The notes: generated by a model from the sequence alone, not told the origin. Shown: positions 9,734 through 18,734, counted from the stretch's first letter. The stretch: 20,827 nucleotides of DNA from an uncultured archaeon (GCA_964388035.1 CAYLZE010000091.1:1-20827), one strand, 5' to 3'. Made by a program: numbers and translations.

Positions 9734-10747
9734 ATGAAAGCAGCTTTATACGAAGGAAAAAAGCAAATTCGAATCATTGATGTGCCAAAACCAACCCCCG
9801 ATGAAAAAGAGTTGGTGGTAAAAGTGAAATATGCGGGAATATGCGGGTCAGATCTTGAGTTCTATAAAACGGGATTATGGCCAGCTAAAGGTATCCTCGG
9901 GCATGAAATAATGGGAACAATAGCGGAATTAGGTTCCCAGGTAGAAAAATGGAAAATTGGAGATCGAGTCACCATAGATTCTTCATTAAATTGCGGGAAA
10001 TGTTATTATTGTAAAAGAAATCTCACTAATTTGTGCGATAATGCAGAAGCAATAGGATTAGGCAGAGATGGAGGTTTTGCAGAATATATTAAATTACCTT
10101 TACAATGTCTCATTAAACTACCCGATCACATTCCTGATCATTACGGCACGGTTTTTGATCAAATTGGTACGGGTCTTCTGGCTCTTAGGAAAATTGGCTT
10201 CACCGTTGGGAGTACTGCTGTAATATTAGGAATGGGAACGTTGGGCCTCTTTTTATTACAATTACTAAAAGTTTCTGGAGTAAAAAGAGTGGTAGTTATT
10301 GAAAAATGTCCTTATCGTTTAAACGTGGCAAAACAATTCCTGCCCGATTTAGCCTTATCACGGGTTTCTCTTCCAAAAATAAAAAAAGTGGTTGGGAGAA
10401 TAGGTGCGGAATATGTTTTTGAGTGTTCGGGAGTGCCAACATTAGTGAACGCGGCACTTGATATTGCCTGCAAGAATGGAAATGTGGTCCAAGTGGGGTT
10501 ATGGGATAAACCTTTAGAAATAAATCTATTAAGATATGTAATGAATCAAATCAGAATTCAAGGGGTTATAGGATGCGTCCACGACGATCTTCTCCATGCA
10601 ATTGATTTAGTGGGTAGAAAATTGATTAATCCCGAACCAATCATAACAAGAATTATTCCCTTGGATAAAATTGTAGAGGAGGGATTTGAAAATGCCATTG
10701 ATCCAAATACGAAAAATATAAAGATCTTAGTAAATCCCGGATTATAG
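9734..10747 (+). CDS. Zn-dependent medium-chain dehydrogenase (butanediol/sorbitol/threonine dehydrogenase-like)
   Basis: GICGSD, GHE..G, structural Zn site CGKCYYC-x7-C, Rossmann GMGTLG, FECSG. Confidence 0.92.
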   Translation: MKAALYEGKKQIRIIDVPKPTPDEKELVVKVKYAGICGSDLEFYKTGLWPAKGILGHEIMGTIAELGSQVEKWKIGDRVTIDSSLNCGKCYYCKRNLTNLCDNAEAIGLGRDGGFAEYIKLPLQCLIKLPDHIPDHYGTVFDQIGTGLLALRKIGFTVGSTAVILGMGTLGLFLLQLLKVSGVKRVVVIEKCPYRLNVAKQFLPDLALSRVSLPKIKKVVGRIGAEYVFECSGVPTLVNAALDIACKNGNVVQVGLWDKPLEINLLRYVMNQIRIQGVIGCVHDDLLHAIDLVGRKLINPEPIITRIIPLDKIVEEGFENAIDPNTKNIKILVNPGL

Positions 10748-10941
10748 CTGATTAACTTTCTATGAACTAATCTTTACAATATCAATTTGATTTCATGATA
10801 CGAGAAAAGAGTTGATATTTTTAAAGCTCTAAATTTTAAATTTTATTATCAGAATTTTTATCTAAATCAATAACTTTTTTAAAGCAATGAATACTGTCAA
10901 TCGCGTGATATTATTAAATATTGTCTTGAATGTAATCTAAT

Positions 10942-11046
10942 TTAAGAACTCACTAATTCTCGTACAAATTTCTTCAAGTCGTAAAAAATGAAGAGGGTAA
11001 TCAAGGGAATGAATAAATGTGCATGAGACACAGCATAATTAAACAT
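10942..11046 (-). CDS. Putative 34-aa single-pass membrane microprotein (or truncated paralog of 14551..14766)
   Basis: My translation: MFNYAVSHAHLFIPLITLFIFYDLKKFVRELVSS*. The last 20 aa align without gaps to the stop codon of the 71-aa ORF, with 12 identities of which 6 use different synonymous codons. GTGAT lies just before the ATG. Confidence 0.55.
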   Translation of the reverse strand: MFNYAVSHAHLFIPLITLFIFYDLKKFVRELVSS

Positions 11047-11147
11047 TCTATCACATTATTATTTACTTACATGATATTTTAAAAATATTAATATTTTAAG
11101 CTCTAAAAAACCTAAAAAAATATAAATTTATTATTCTTTCGAAAGAT

Positions 11148-13022
11148 ATGAATCAAAAAAGTATTCAAGTCATTCCAAGACCAGAGTACCCCAGACCGAA
11201 TTTTGAGAGAAAAGAGAACTGGATAAATCTCAATGGGGAGTGGGATTTTTCATTTGATGATGATGATATTGGGCTAAAGGAAAAATGGTATAAACGAGAA
11301 AAGAAAGAAAAATTTGATAAAAAAATTGTTGTGCCCTTCTGTTATCAGAGTGAATTAAGCGGGATTGGAGATCAAAGCTTCCATGATACCGTTTGGTACC
11401 GAAAGGAATTTAATATACCTTCAAGATTCGAAAAAAATCGGATATTATTGCATTTGGGAGCAGTTGATTATTCTTGCTTGGTTTTTTTAAATAGTGAACG
11501 GGTAGGAAGCCATGAGGGAGGATATCTAGGTTTTACAATAGATATAACGGATTTTATTGTAAAAAACAATAATATTTTAGTCCTTCGTGTGGAGGATCCC
11601 TGTACGGACTTAGAGATCCCCCGAGGAAAGCAATACTGGTTTGAAAAGCTTACAAGTATATTTTATCCCCGTGTCTCCGGTATTTGGCAAACTGTATGGC
11701 TTGAATTTATCTCATTTAAATTTCATACAAAATGGATTAAAATTACGCCAGATATTGATAAATCTTTAATAATCGCGGAATGTGATGTGTCAGGTAAAGG
11801 GATTCCAGATTTAAAACTATCTGCTAAAGTTTTATTTAAAGATCAAGTCATTGCGAAAGAAGAACTAAACCTTAACTTTTTAGGAGATTTCCAGGCAAAA
11901 CAGGATAGAAAGATTATAAAATCCAAGGGAACACAGATACGCATTCAAAATCCTAGCCCCTTTAAATTTAAGATTAAAATTCCAAAAGATAATCTATATC
12001 TATGGAGTGTTCAATCACCCAATTTATATGATCTCTTGGTCACAATATATCATTCAGGAACTAAAGAAATTTATGACGAAGTTAAGTGCTATTTTGGCAT
12101 GAGAAAAATTTCACTGTCTGACGCGCCTACCGGAACTAATAAGCGAGTATTATTGAACAATAAACCAATTTATCAAAAATTATTTTTAGTACAAGGATAT
12201 TGGCCTGATGGATTATACACTGCTCCCTCTGATGATGCAATAAAACTTGACATTCAATATATAAAAGATTTTGGCTTTAACGGGTTAAGAACTCATCAAA
12301 AAGTCTTTGATCCGAGATTTTTGTATTGGTGTGATAAAATGGGGGTCCTAGTTTGGGGTGAAATAGGAAATGCATTCCAATTCTCTTCTAGAGCACAACT
12401 AAATATTATAAATGAATTTGCAGCAGAAATAAACCGAGATTATAACCATCCTTCCATTATAGCTTGGGCAGTATTAAATGAAGGTTGGGGAATACAAGGA
12501 GCACATCGAAACCCCGAGATGGCAGATTATACGGTTTCATTATATCACTTGATGAAATCCCTTGATCCTACAAGATTAGTTATTGATAATGATGGATGGT
12601 TTCACACGAAAACAGATTTATGTACCATTCATTTATATAACCGATATGAATTATTGGCGAAATCTTTGGAGGAAGAAAAAAAATTCGACTTGCGTTCTGC
12701 ATTTCCCACATATCTCGAACCTTATTCCTATGATAATGAACCCATAATTTATAGCGAGATTGGGGGATTTGGGCTTGAAATTGATGAGGAAAGAGAAGAA
12801 GGAGCTTGGGGATATAGTGTGGAAACGTCTTCTGATAAATTATTTGAAAAAGTAATAAACTTACTGAAACTATTCGATATGAGAAAAGACTGGATTCATG
12901 GCTTTTGCTATACTGAATTATATGATCAGTTTCAAGAAGTAAATGGTCTATTAACAATGCATAGGGAACCAAAATTTGCACCATCACGCCTTAAAGAAGA
13001 ATTAGATAAGTTATTCTATTGA
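11148..13022 (+). CDS. Glycoside hydrolase family 2 (beta-galactosidase/beta-glucuronidase-like)
   Basis: RPEYPRP..R..W.NLNGEWDF, HLGAVDY, H.GGY, RGKQ, SGIWQTVWLE, GFNGLRTHQK, NHPSIIAWAVLNE (acid/base Glu), SEIGG (nucleophile Glu), GFCYTELYD..QE.NGL. No signal peptide visible. Confidence 0.94.
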   Translation: MNQKSIQVIPRPEYPRPNFERKENWINLNGEWDFSFDDDDIGLKEKWYKREKKEKFDKKIVVPFCYQSELSGIGDQSFHDTVWYRKEFNIPSRFEKNRILLHLGAVDYSCLVFLNSERVGSHEGGYLGFTIDITDFIVKNNNILVLRVEDPCTDLEIPRGKQYWFEKLTSIFYPRVSGIWQTVWLEFISFKFHTKWIKITPDIDKSLIIAECDVSGKGIPDLKLSAKVLFKDQVIAKEELNLNFLGDFQAKQDRKIIKSKGTQIRIQNPSPFKFKIKIPKDNLYLWSVQSPNLYDLLVTIYHSGTKEIYDEVKCYFGMRKISLSDAPTGTNKRVLLNNKPIYQKLFLVQGYWPDGLYTAPSDDAIKLDIQYIKDFGFNGLRTHQKVFDPRFLYWCDKMGVLVWGEIGNAFQFSSRAQLNIINEFAAEINRDYNHPSIIAWAVLNEGWGIQGAHRNPEMADYTVSLYHLMKSLDPTRLVIDNDGWFHTKTDLCTIHLYNRYELLAKSLEEEKKFDLRSAFPTYLEPYSYDNEPIIYSEIGGFGLEIDEEREEGAWGYSVETSSDKLFEKVINLLKLFDMRKDWIHGFCYTELYDQFQEVNGLLTMHREPKFAPSRLKEELDKLFY

Positions 13023-13080
13023 AATTTTCTAGAAAGATCTAATCATAATATATTTCATTCTATTTTTATTCTTTAAATTA

Positions 13081-13116
13081 ATGCATTTAAATTACGTCAT
13101 AACGAAGTAAATGCAT
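13081..13116. repeat. Inverted repeat ATGCATTTA-N18-TAAATGCAT between GH2 and MFS
   Basis: Perfect 9-bp arms, with extra inner pairing CGT-CATA-ACG. Confidence 0.5.
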
Positions 13117-13145
13117 CATAAAAAAAAATATTAGGTGGATATAAA

Positions 13146-14480
13146 ATGAAAGAGAATCAAAATTCATCAAATGGAGAAGTTATAAAGGAGAAACGTGACG
13201 TAGTAAAAATCGGACGAAGAAATTTAGGAATCATGGTGATTTTAGGGTTAACTGGCCAAATTGCTTGGGCTGTTGAAAATACCTGGTTTAATACTTTTGT
13301 GTTTGACATGTTAACACCCGATCCCAGACCAATCGCATGGATGGTTGCAGTTAGTGCTGTAGCTGCGACGATTACAACTCTACTCATGGGCTCGCTTAGT
13401 GATCGGACATATACTAAAATGGGAAGGAGAAAACCATATATTCTATTTGGCTATATCTTATGGGGAATAGTTACTGCTATATTCCCATTAGTTGCTTTAA
13501 TTCAAGTAATCGGAATCGCCGTGGTAATGGTGGTTATCGTAGACGCAATAATGACTTTTTTCGGTTCTACAGCAAATGATGCCGCTTATAATGCCTGGAT
13601 AACTGATATTGGCCATCCTACTAATCGAAATCAGATTAACAGCATTAACACCGCTGCGGCTTTAATAGCTAACTTAATTGCTTTAGGTGTTGCGGGAATT
13701 ATTATTGATGCTTTTGGATATTTCACCTTCTTTTATATTTTAGGAGCCATCGTCTCGGTTGGTGGATTAATTGCAGGCTTAATGATTAAGGAGCCAGTAA
13801 TTCCCGAGGAAGAGCGAATGCCAACAAAAAAAGTCTTGAGTGATATCAAAGAATTAATCTCATTTCAAGATGTTAAAGAAAATAAAATATTATATCTTCT
13901 CTTCTTGAACATGGCACTCGGCGGAATCGCGTCGAACGTGTATTTCCCATACCTTTTCATTTACTTAGAACATTATCTGGGCTTCACTAAAACTATAATC
14001 AGTCTAATCGCTTTAGTGTTAATTGGAGGATCTACCATAGTAGTATTACTAATGGGATTTTTAATCGAAAAGACGAACCGCAAAACATTGTTAGTGGCTT
14101 ACACCATTATTGGAACAGTAGCTTTATTCACTTTTGCTTTTGTGGGAGATATTTTGTTTGTTGCTATTATTTACATGTTTTCTTTAGCTTTTTCTCAATT
14201 ATCTGTAGTTGTCCGGAATTCTTGGATGCAAGATAAATATCCTCAAGGAAACATCGGCAAGTTTCAGGGAGTTCGGTTGATCTTCATGGTCGGCATTCCG
14301 ATGGTTATTGGACCTTTTATAGGCTCTTTTGTCATCCAATTATATGGAATTCCGATTGTGATTGAGGAAGAAGCTGGTTTCATTCCCACCCCTCCCGTTA
14401 TAATCATTTCCGCCGTATTAAGTTTAATAGCATTAATACCCTTACTCTTTATAAAGAAATCAGAAGGAAGAATTATCTGA
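13146..14480 (+). CDS. MFS transporter, sugar/glycoside (GPH-like) type
   Basis: GQIAWAVEN, GSLSDRT..KMGRRKPYIL.G, STANDAAYNAWITD; about 12 TM segments; AGGTGG RBS; co-oriented directly behind GH2. Confidence 0.88.
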   Translation: MKENQNSSNGEVIKEKRDVVKIGRRNLGIMVILGLTGQIAWAVENTWFNTFVFDMLTPDPRPIAWMVAVSAVAATITTLLMGSLSDRTYTKMGRRKPYILFGYILWGIVTAIFPLVALIQVIGIAVVMVVIVDAIMTFFGSTANDAAYNAWITDIGHPTNRNQINSINTAAALIANLIALGVAGIIIDAFGYFTFFYILGAIVSVGGLIAGLMIKEPVIPEEERMPTKKVLSDIKELISFQDVKENKILYLLFLNMALGGIASNVYFPYLFIYLEHYLGFTKTIISLIALVLIGGSTIVVLLMGFLIEKTNRKTLLVAYTIIGTVALFTFAFVGDILFVAIIYMFSLAFSQLSVVVRNSWMQDKYPQGNIGKFQGVRLIFMVGIPMVIGPFIGSFVIQLYGIPIVIEEEAGFIPTPPVIIISAVLSLIALIPLLFIKKSEGRII

Positions 14481-14550
14481 AAACAATTAATATTTTTTAA
14501 ATATTCTTTTTCTTTTTAACTAATTTTAGGTGATTTAGACAGGGTTGAAG

Positions 14551-14766
14551 TTAGGAACTTGAGAATTCCTGCAGAACCTTCTTGAGATTATAGAAAATAA
14601 AGATCCCAATCAAAGCCATTATTCCTACAAATTTCCAAGAGAATGAAAAGAAGATGACGGGGTTAAAAAAAAATCCTATTAACTCAATTAATGCCAGATA
14701 AATGCCCGTGATTATCACTCCCAGTAAGACCATATTAATTTTATGGAATTGCGACATTTTTTTCAC
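14551..14766 (-). CDS. Small membrane protein (two hydrophobic segments, amphipathic C-terminal tail), unknown function
   Basis: Sits alone in intergenic space with no overlap of other genes. Two TM-length hydrophobic runs. Protein-level conservation with the ORF at 10942..11046. Start is GTG 14766 or ATG 14757. Confidence 0.68.
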   Translation of the reverse strand: MKKMSQFHKINMVLLGVIITGIYLALIELIGFFFNPVIFFSFSWKFVGIMALIGIFIFYNLKKVLQEFSSS

Positions 14767-15027
14767 GAAATTACATTATTTTGAACATGAAAATCATGTT
14801 TCCAGTTCAACTTAATAGAATTACTCCCAACATATTGTGCGCAAATGATCTATTTAAACTTGGATCTTAAAATTTAATAATATATTAAGCCCATAATTGA
14901 TGAGTTTTAGATTTTTTCAAAAAATCCAGGTTATAAATAAATACTTTATAAATAACGAAATTAAATAAGATGGAAATAATTAAATTTTTGAATTTTTGAT
15001 TTGAACAGTTAATTTTGAGCGTATTAT

Positions 15028-15681
15028 TTAAGAAATTTCAACGTAGTTGCCCGTAATCATGTAATAGATTTTCTCCGCCATTCTACAAGCATGATCGCCA
15101 CATCTCTCTAAATAGCGCGCAATCATGATATAATTTGAACATTCCGTGATATAAGAGGGTGTTTCCATCATGTAGGTTAAACACTCTCTAAAAATGCTCC
15201 ATCTTAATTTGTCCACTTCATCGTCCCTTTTATTGAAATCTTCCAATTTCTTAAAATCGGCTTTATCAAAAGCTTCCAGTACATCCGCGATCATGTCTTT
15301 AACATGTTCCCAAATATGCTGCAAGTTTATGAGATTTAGCTTGGTTGAAGGTTTCATGGGATAGCGAAGAACGATAACCGCAATATCTCTCCCATAACGC
15401 CCGATTCGATTTAAGGAGGTTGCCATAGTTAGAACACAAGCAATCCTTCTCAAATCGATTGCCATGGGCTGAAATAATGCTATTACTTTAAACGTTTTTT
15501 GTTCAATGCTGTTTTCATAGTCTCTGAGTTGGATTTTCTTCCCATCAATGATTTTGGCTAACTCGATATCCTGGTCATAAAGAACCTTTATGGAATCCCC
15601 CAATATTTGAGAGACGAATGTACCCATTTCTAAAACCAGATTTTTTAGCTCCACAATTTCCTTATGCAATTCTTTAACCAT
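15028..15681 (-). CDS. phoU: Phosphate signalling/uptake regulator PhoU
   Basis: Two PhoU repeats: FQPMAIDLRRI, LNRIGRY, RDDEVD, IARYLERCGDHACRMAEKIYYMITG; directly after pstB. Confidence 0.95.
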   Translation of the reverse strand: MVKELHKEIVELKNLVLEMGTFVSQILGDSIKVLYDQDIELAKIIDGKKIQLRDYENSIEQKTFKVIALFQPMAIDLRRIACVLTMATSLNRIGRYGRDIAVIVLRYPMKPSTKLNLINLQHIWEHVKDMIADVLEAFDKADFKKLEDFNKRDDEVDKLRWSIFRECLTYMMETPSYITECSNYIMIARYLERCGDHACRMAEKIYYMITGNYVEIS

Positions 15682-15814
15682 ACATTTTTCTCCAGAAGAT
15701 TACATTTGTAGTGATATTACAATTTTATCTTAATTTTTTTCAATCACTTAATACATGGAATTATAAAAATTCAAAAAAATAATAAAATTACGTTGATGAC
15801 AGTAAAAAATTCTT

Positions 15815-16657
15815 TCAGCCGAAACGCCCAGTTATATAATTCTCTGTTAATTGTTGCCGAGGGTTCTCAAATATTTGAGGAGTCTCCCCGAATTCAACCA
15901 GACGGCCAAGGTACATAAATCCAGTATAATCCGAAATTCTAGCGGCTTGTTGCATGTTATGTGTGACTATTGCTACGGTATACTTTTTCTTCAATTCATA
16001 CATGAGATCTTCGATTTTGCTTGTTGCTATTGGATCTAACGCAGAGGTGGGCTCATCCATTAACAAGACTTCCGGCTCAATTGATAAGGCACGAGCAATA
16101 CAGAGTCGTTGTTGCTGTCCACCACTCAACCCCATGGCTGAATCCTCTAACCGGTCCTTGACTTCGTCCCATAAAACCGCTAATTTTAAGCTTTTTTCAA
16201 CTATTTTATCCAATTGATCGATATCTGTGATTTTATGTAATCGTGGACCATATGCAACATTATCATAGACAGACATGGGAAATGGATTAGGTTTTTGAAA
16301 GATCATTCCGATTCTTTTTCTGACGTCAATAACATTCGTACCCTGAGCGTAGATGTTCTTGCCATGAAAATACACTTCTCCTTTAATCTTGCAACCATCA
16401 ATTATATCATTCATCCGATTAAATGTTCTAATTAAGGTAGATTTTCCGCATCCTGAAGGTCCAATAATGGCAGTAACCTTGTTTGTTTTCATAGGCATGT
16501 CCACATCTATAAGTGCTTGATTATCCCCATACCAGAGACTTAATCCTTTACATTCTATTATAGTTCCATTATCTTTTCCATTTTCTTCCATGCTTAAATC
16601 TTCTTGATTTTTTTCTTGATTAAAAACATGATTTTTAACAGATATTTTAAAATTCAT
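15815..16657 (-). CDS. pstB: Phosphate ABC transporter ATPase PstB
   Basis: Walker [75 protein letters not shown] precedes ATG 16657; an alternative start is 16591. Confidence 0.97.
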   Translation of the reverse strand: MNFKISVKNHVFNQEKNQEDLSMEENGKDNGTIIECKGLSLWYGDNQALIDVDMPMKTNKVTAIIGPSGCGKSTLIRTFNRMNDIIDGCKIKGEVYFHGKNIYAQGTNVIDVRKRIGMIFQKPNPFPMSVYDNVAYGPRLHKITDIDQLDKIVEKSLKLAVLWDEVKDRLEDSAMGLSGGQQQRLCIARALSIEPEVLLMDEPTSALDPIATSKIEDLMYELKKKYTVAIVTHNMQQAARISDYTGFMYLGRLVEFGETPQIFENPRQQLTENYITGRFG

Positions 16658-16661
16658 TTAA

Positions 16662-18617
16662 TTACCACCTATATTTTTTCTTGTAATAGTTTCGTATGTA
16701 TATAGCAAGTCCATAAATTATTATTATTAAAAGTAGAAGCACCAATGATGTAGCAGCAGCATTATTTTTTGCTTGATCCCCCGGAACAGTAGTTGCTAAA
16801 AAGAATAAATGTGTGGTCAAAGTTGGGACGGGATCAAAAGGCGATAAGGAACGCGCAATAAATGTGCCCCCAACTAAAAGGAGGGGTGCAGTTTCACCAG
16901 CAACTCTACCCATCCCCAAAATAATTCCGGTGATTACTCCGGGAAGTGCCGCTGGCAGTACGACTCGTGAGATACTTTGCCACTTTGTAGACCCTAACGC
17001 TAAACTTCCTTCTCGAAACGTTTGAGGGATAGATTTCACCGCTTCTTCTGCAGTTTTAATAATTGTCGGGAGGATTATGAGCCCCAGCGTGAGTTGAGCC
17101 GCAAGCAAGGATTTTTGTAAGTGGAAAATTATTAAGAAGAACGAATACCCGAAAAGACCGAATACTATCGAGGGAGTGCCGTTGAGATTTTCGATAGCCG
17201 AGCGTATGATTTTGGTTATTTTGCTATCATTCTTGGCATATTCCGAAAGATATACTCCCGCACATAAGCCGATAGGTACGGCAAACAAGATGGATCCAAA
17301 TATAACAAGAATGGTTCCCATGATGGCCGTAGAAATTCCTCCTTCCCTACCCATCGCCACGGGCGTTTCAATTATAAACGCGAGGGATAAATAGGGCGCT
17401 CCACGGACTACAAGATATCCTATAATTATACCTAATACAGAAAGGACAAAAACAACGGACGCATAGATTAGACCAAATATCACTTTTTGCTTATTCTTTG
17501 AATTCAATTTACCAAGTCCTTTCATGCCCAATAATATAAATATCACGACAATAGCGCTCCAAAAGATTCCAATCCAGGTATAAAATAGCCAAAGTAAGAA
17601 TCCGTATATCATTATATTAACGATAATAGAGCGATATTTCCGAACTTTTTCGGGCAAGGATATTGAAAATCGCCTCTTTTTTTTTTGCCCCGTGAACCTT
17701 TCTTGTATCCTTCCCGTGATGTAATTTGCAGACGTGTTAATGACCAAGGTAATAATAAAGAGGATGGCGCCTAATGCATAAAGGGCTTCAATATGGATGG
17801 GTTCGTACGCTTCAGGCATTTCAGTTGCGATCGTGCCTGTTATAGCCTTCAAGGAAGAAAACATGTTAGTGATCGGATTGGGGATCACAGCCGTATTCCC
17901 GATCACCATGGAAACGACCATTGTTTCTCCAATGGCTCTTCCCAACCCGAGAATAATGGCGGCAGTTATTCCAGAAAGCGCGGCAGGTAAGACGACACCC
18001 TTTATAGTTTGCCATTTAGTAGCACCCATCGCATACGAAGCCTCTCTATATTCTCTGGGTACCGCACTTATGGCGTCTTCCGAGACACTAACGATGGTGG
18101 GAATTGCCATTATTCCTAAAATAAACGAGCCCGAAAACCATGTATTGCCGGATTCCAAATTAAATGCTTGCATGAGAAGAGGATTAAAAAATACGATTCC
18201 AAAAAAGCCAAGTACCACGGAGGGTATTCCAGCGAGTAATTCCACGGCTCCTTTTAAATATTGTTTCATTTTAAAGGGTGCTATTTCTGATATGAAAATC
18301 GCAGTGGCAATTCCTAAGGGAACGGAGATGACGGTAGCTCCTATGGCCACTAAAAACGTTCCAATAATGATGGCAGAAGCACCAAACTTGTTGGTTTTTG
18401 GATACCATATTGTCCCAAAGAAAAAATCTCCGATATTATAGGACAGGAAAAATCCCATTGCTCGACTAAAAAGGAAAATGATGATGAAAAAGAGAATGAT
18501 AATAGCAATACTAGCAGTTATAAATAGGGTGCCTACAATCTTTTTATCCTTAGTCGATTCATTTCGAATATGGATTTCAATGAAATCTCCTTCTTCCTTT
18601 ACTTCTTCAATTGCCAT
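16662..18617 (-). CDS. pstC-pstA: Fused phosphate ABC permease PstC-PstA
   Basis: N-terminal half is PstC-like (ELLAGIPSVVLG, REASYAMGATKWQ, GLGRAIGETM). C-terminal half is PstA-like (GVYLSEY, LNGTPSIVFGLFG, REGSLALGSTKWQ, GRVAGETAPLL). Both are in one 651-aa frame. Confidence 0.94.
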   Translation of the reverse strand: MAIEEVKEEGDFIEIHIRNESTKDKKIVGTLFITASIAIIILFFIIIFLFSRAMGFFLSYNIGDFFFGTIWYPKTNKFGASAIIIGTFLVAIGATVISVPLGIATAIFISEIAPFKMKQYLKGAVELLAGIPSVVLGFFGIVFFNPLLMQAFNLESGNTWFSGSFILGIMAIPTIVSVSEDAISAVPREYREASYAMGATKWQTIKGVVLPAALSGITAAIILGLGRAIGETMVVSMVIGNTAVIPNPITNMFSSLKAITGTIATEMPEAYEPIHIEALYALGAILFIITLVINTSANYITGRIQERFTGQKKKRRFSISLPEKVRKYRSIIVNIMIYGFLLWLFYTWIGIFWSAIVVIFILLGMKGLGKLNSKNKQKVIFGLIYASVVFVLSVLGIIIGYLVVRGAPYLSLAFIIETPVAMGREGGISTAIMGTILVIFGSILFAVPIGLCAGVYLSEYAKNDSKITKIIRSAIENLNGTPSIVFGLFGYSFFLIIFHLQKSLLAAQLTLGLIILPTIIKTAEEAVKSIPQTFREGSLALGSTKWQSISRVVLPAALPGVITGIILGMGRVAGETAPLLLVGGTFIARSLSPFDPVPTLTTHLFFLATTVPGDQAKNNAAATSLVLLLLIIIIYGLAIYIRNYYKKKYRW

Positions 18618-18693
18618 TTCTTATACTTTCTTCTCATAAATTAAATTTTATAGAATAATTTTGTTTTATCCTCAAGAAAAGTAGAATATTTAA

Positions 18694-18734
18694 CCTTAAA
18701 AGCTTTAGATATATTCAATATATAATCTATATAG
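18694..18734 (-). promoter_or_regulatory. Candidate pstCA promoter: TATAT-repeat/palindrome block upstream of a TTTTAAGG TATA-like box
   Basis: CTATATAG (18727-18734) and ATATATT-C-AATATAT (18709-18723) lie just upstream of TTTTAAGG (18694-18701, minus), about 80 nt before the pstCA start. Confidence 0.35.

Noticed and set aside
9093-13387. ORFs 9093..9278, 12580..12987, 13157..13387
   Set aside because: Fully nested antisense to well-supported genes.
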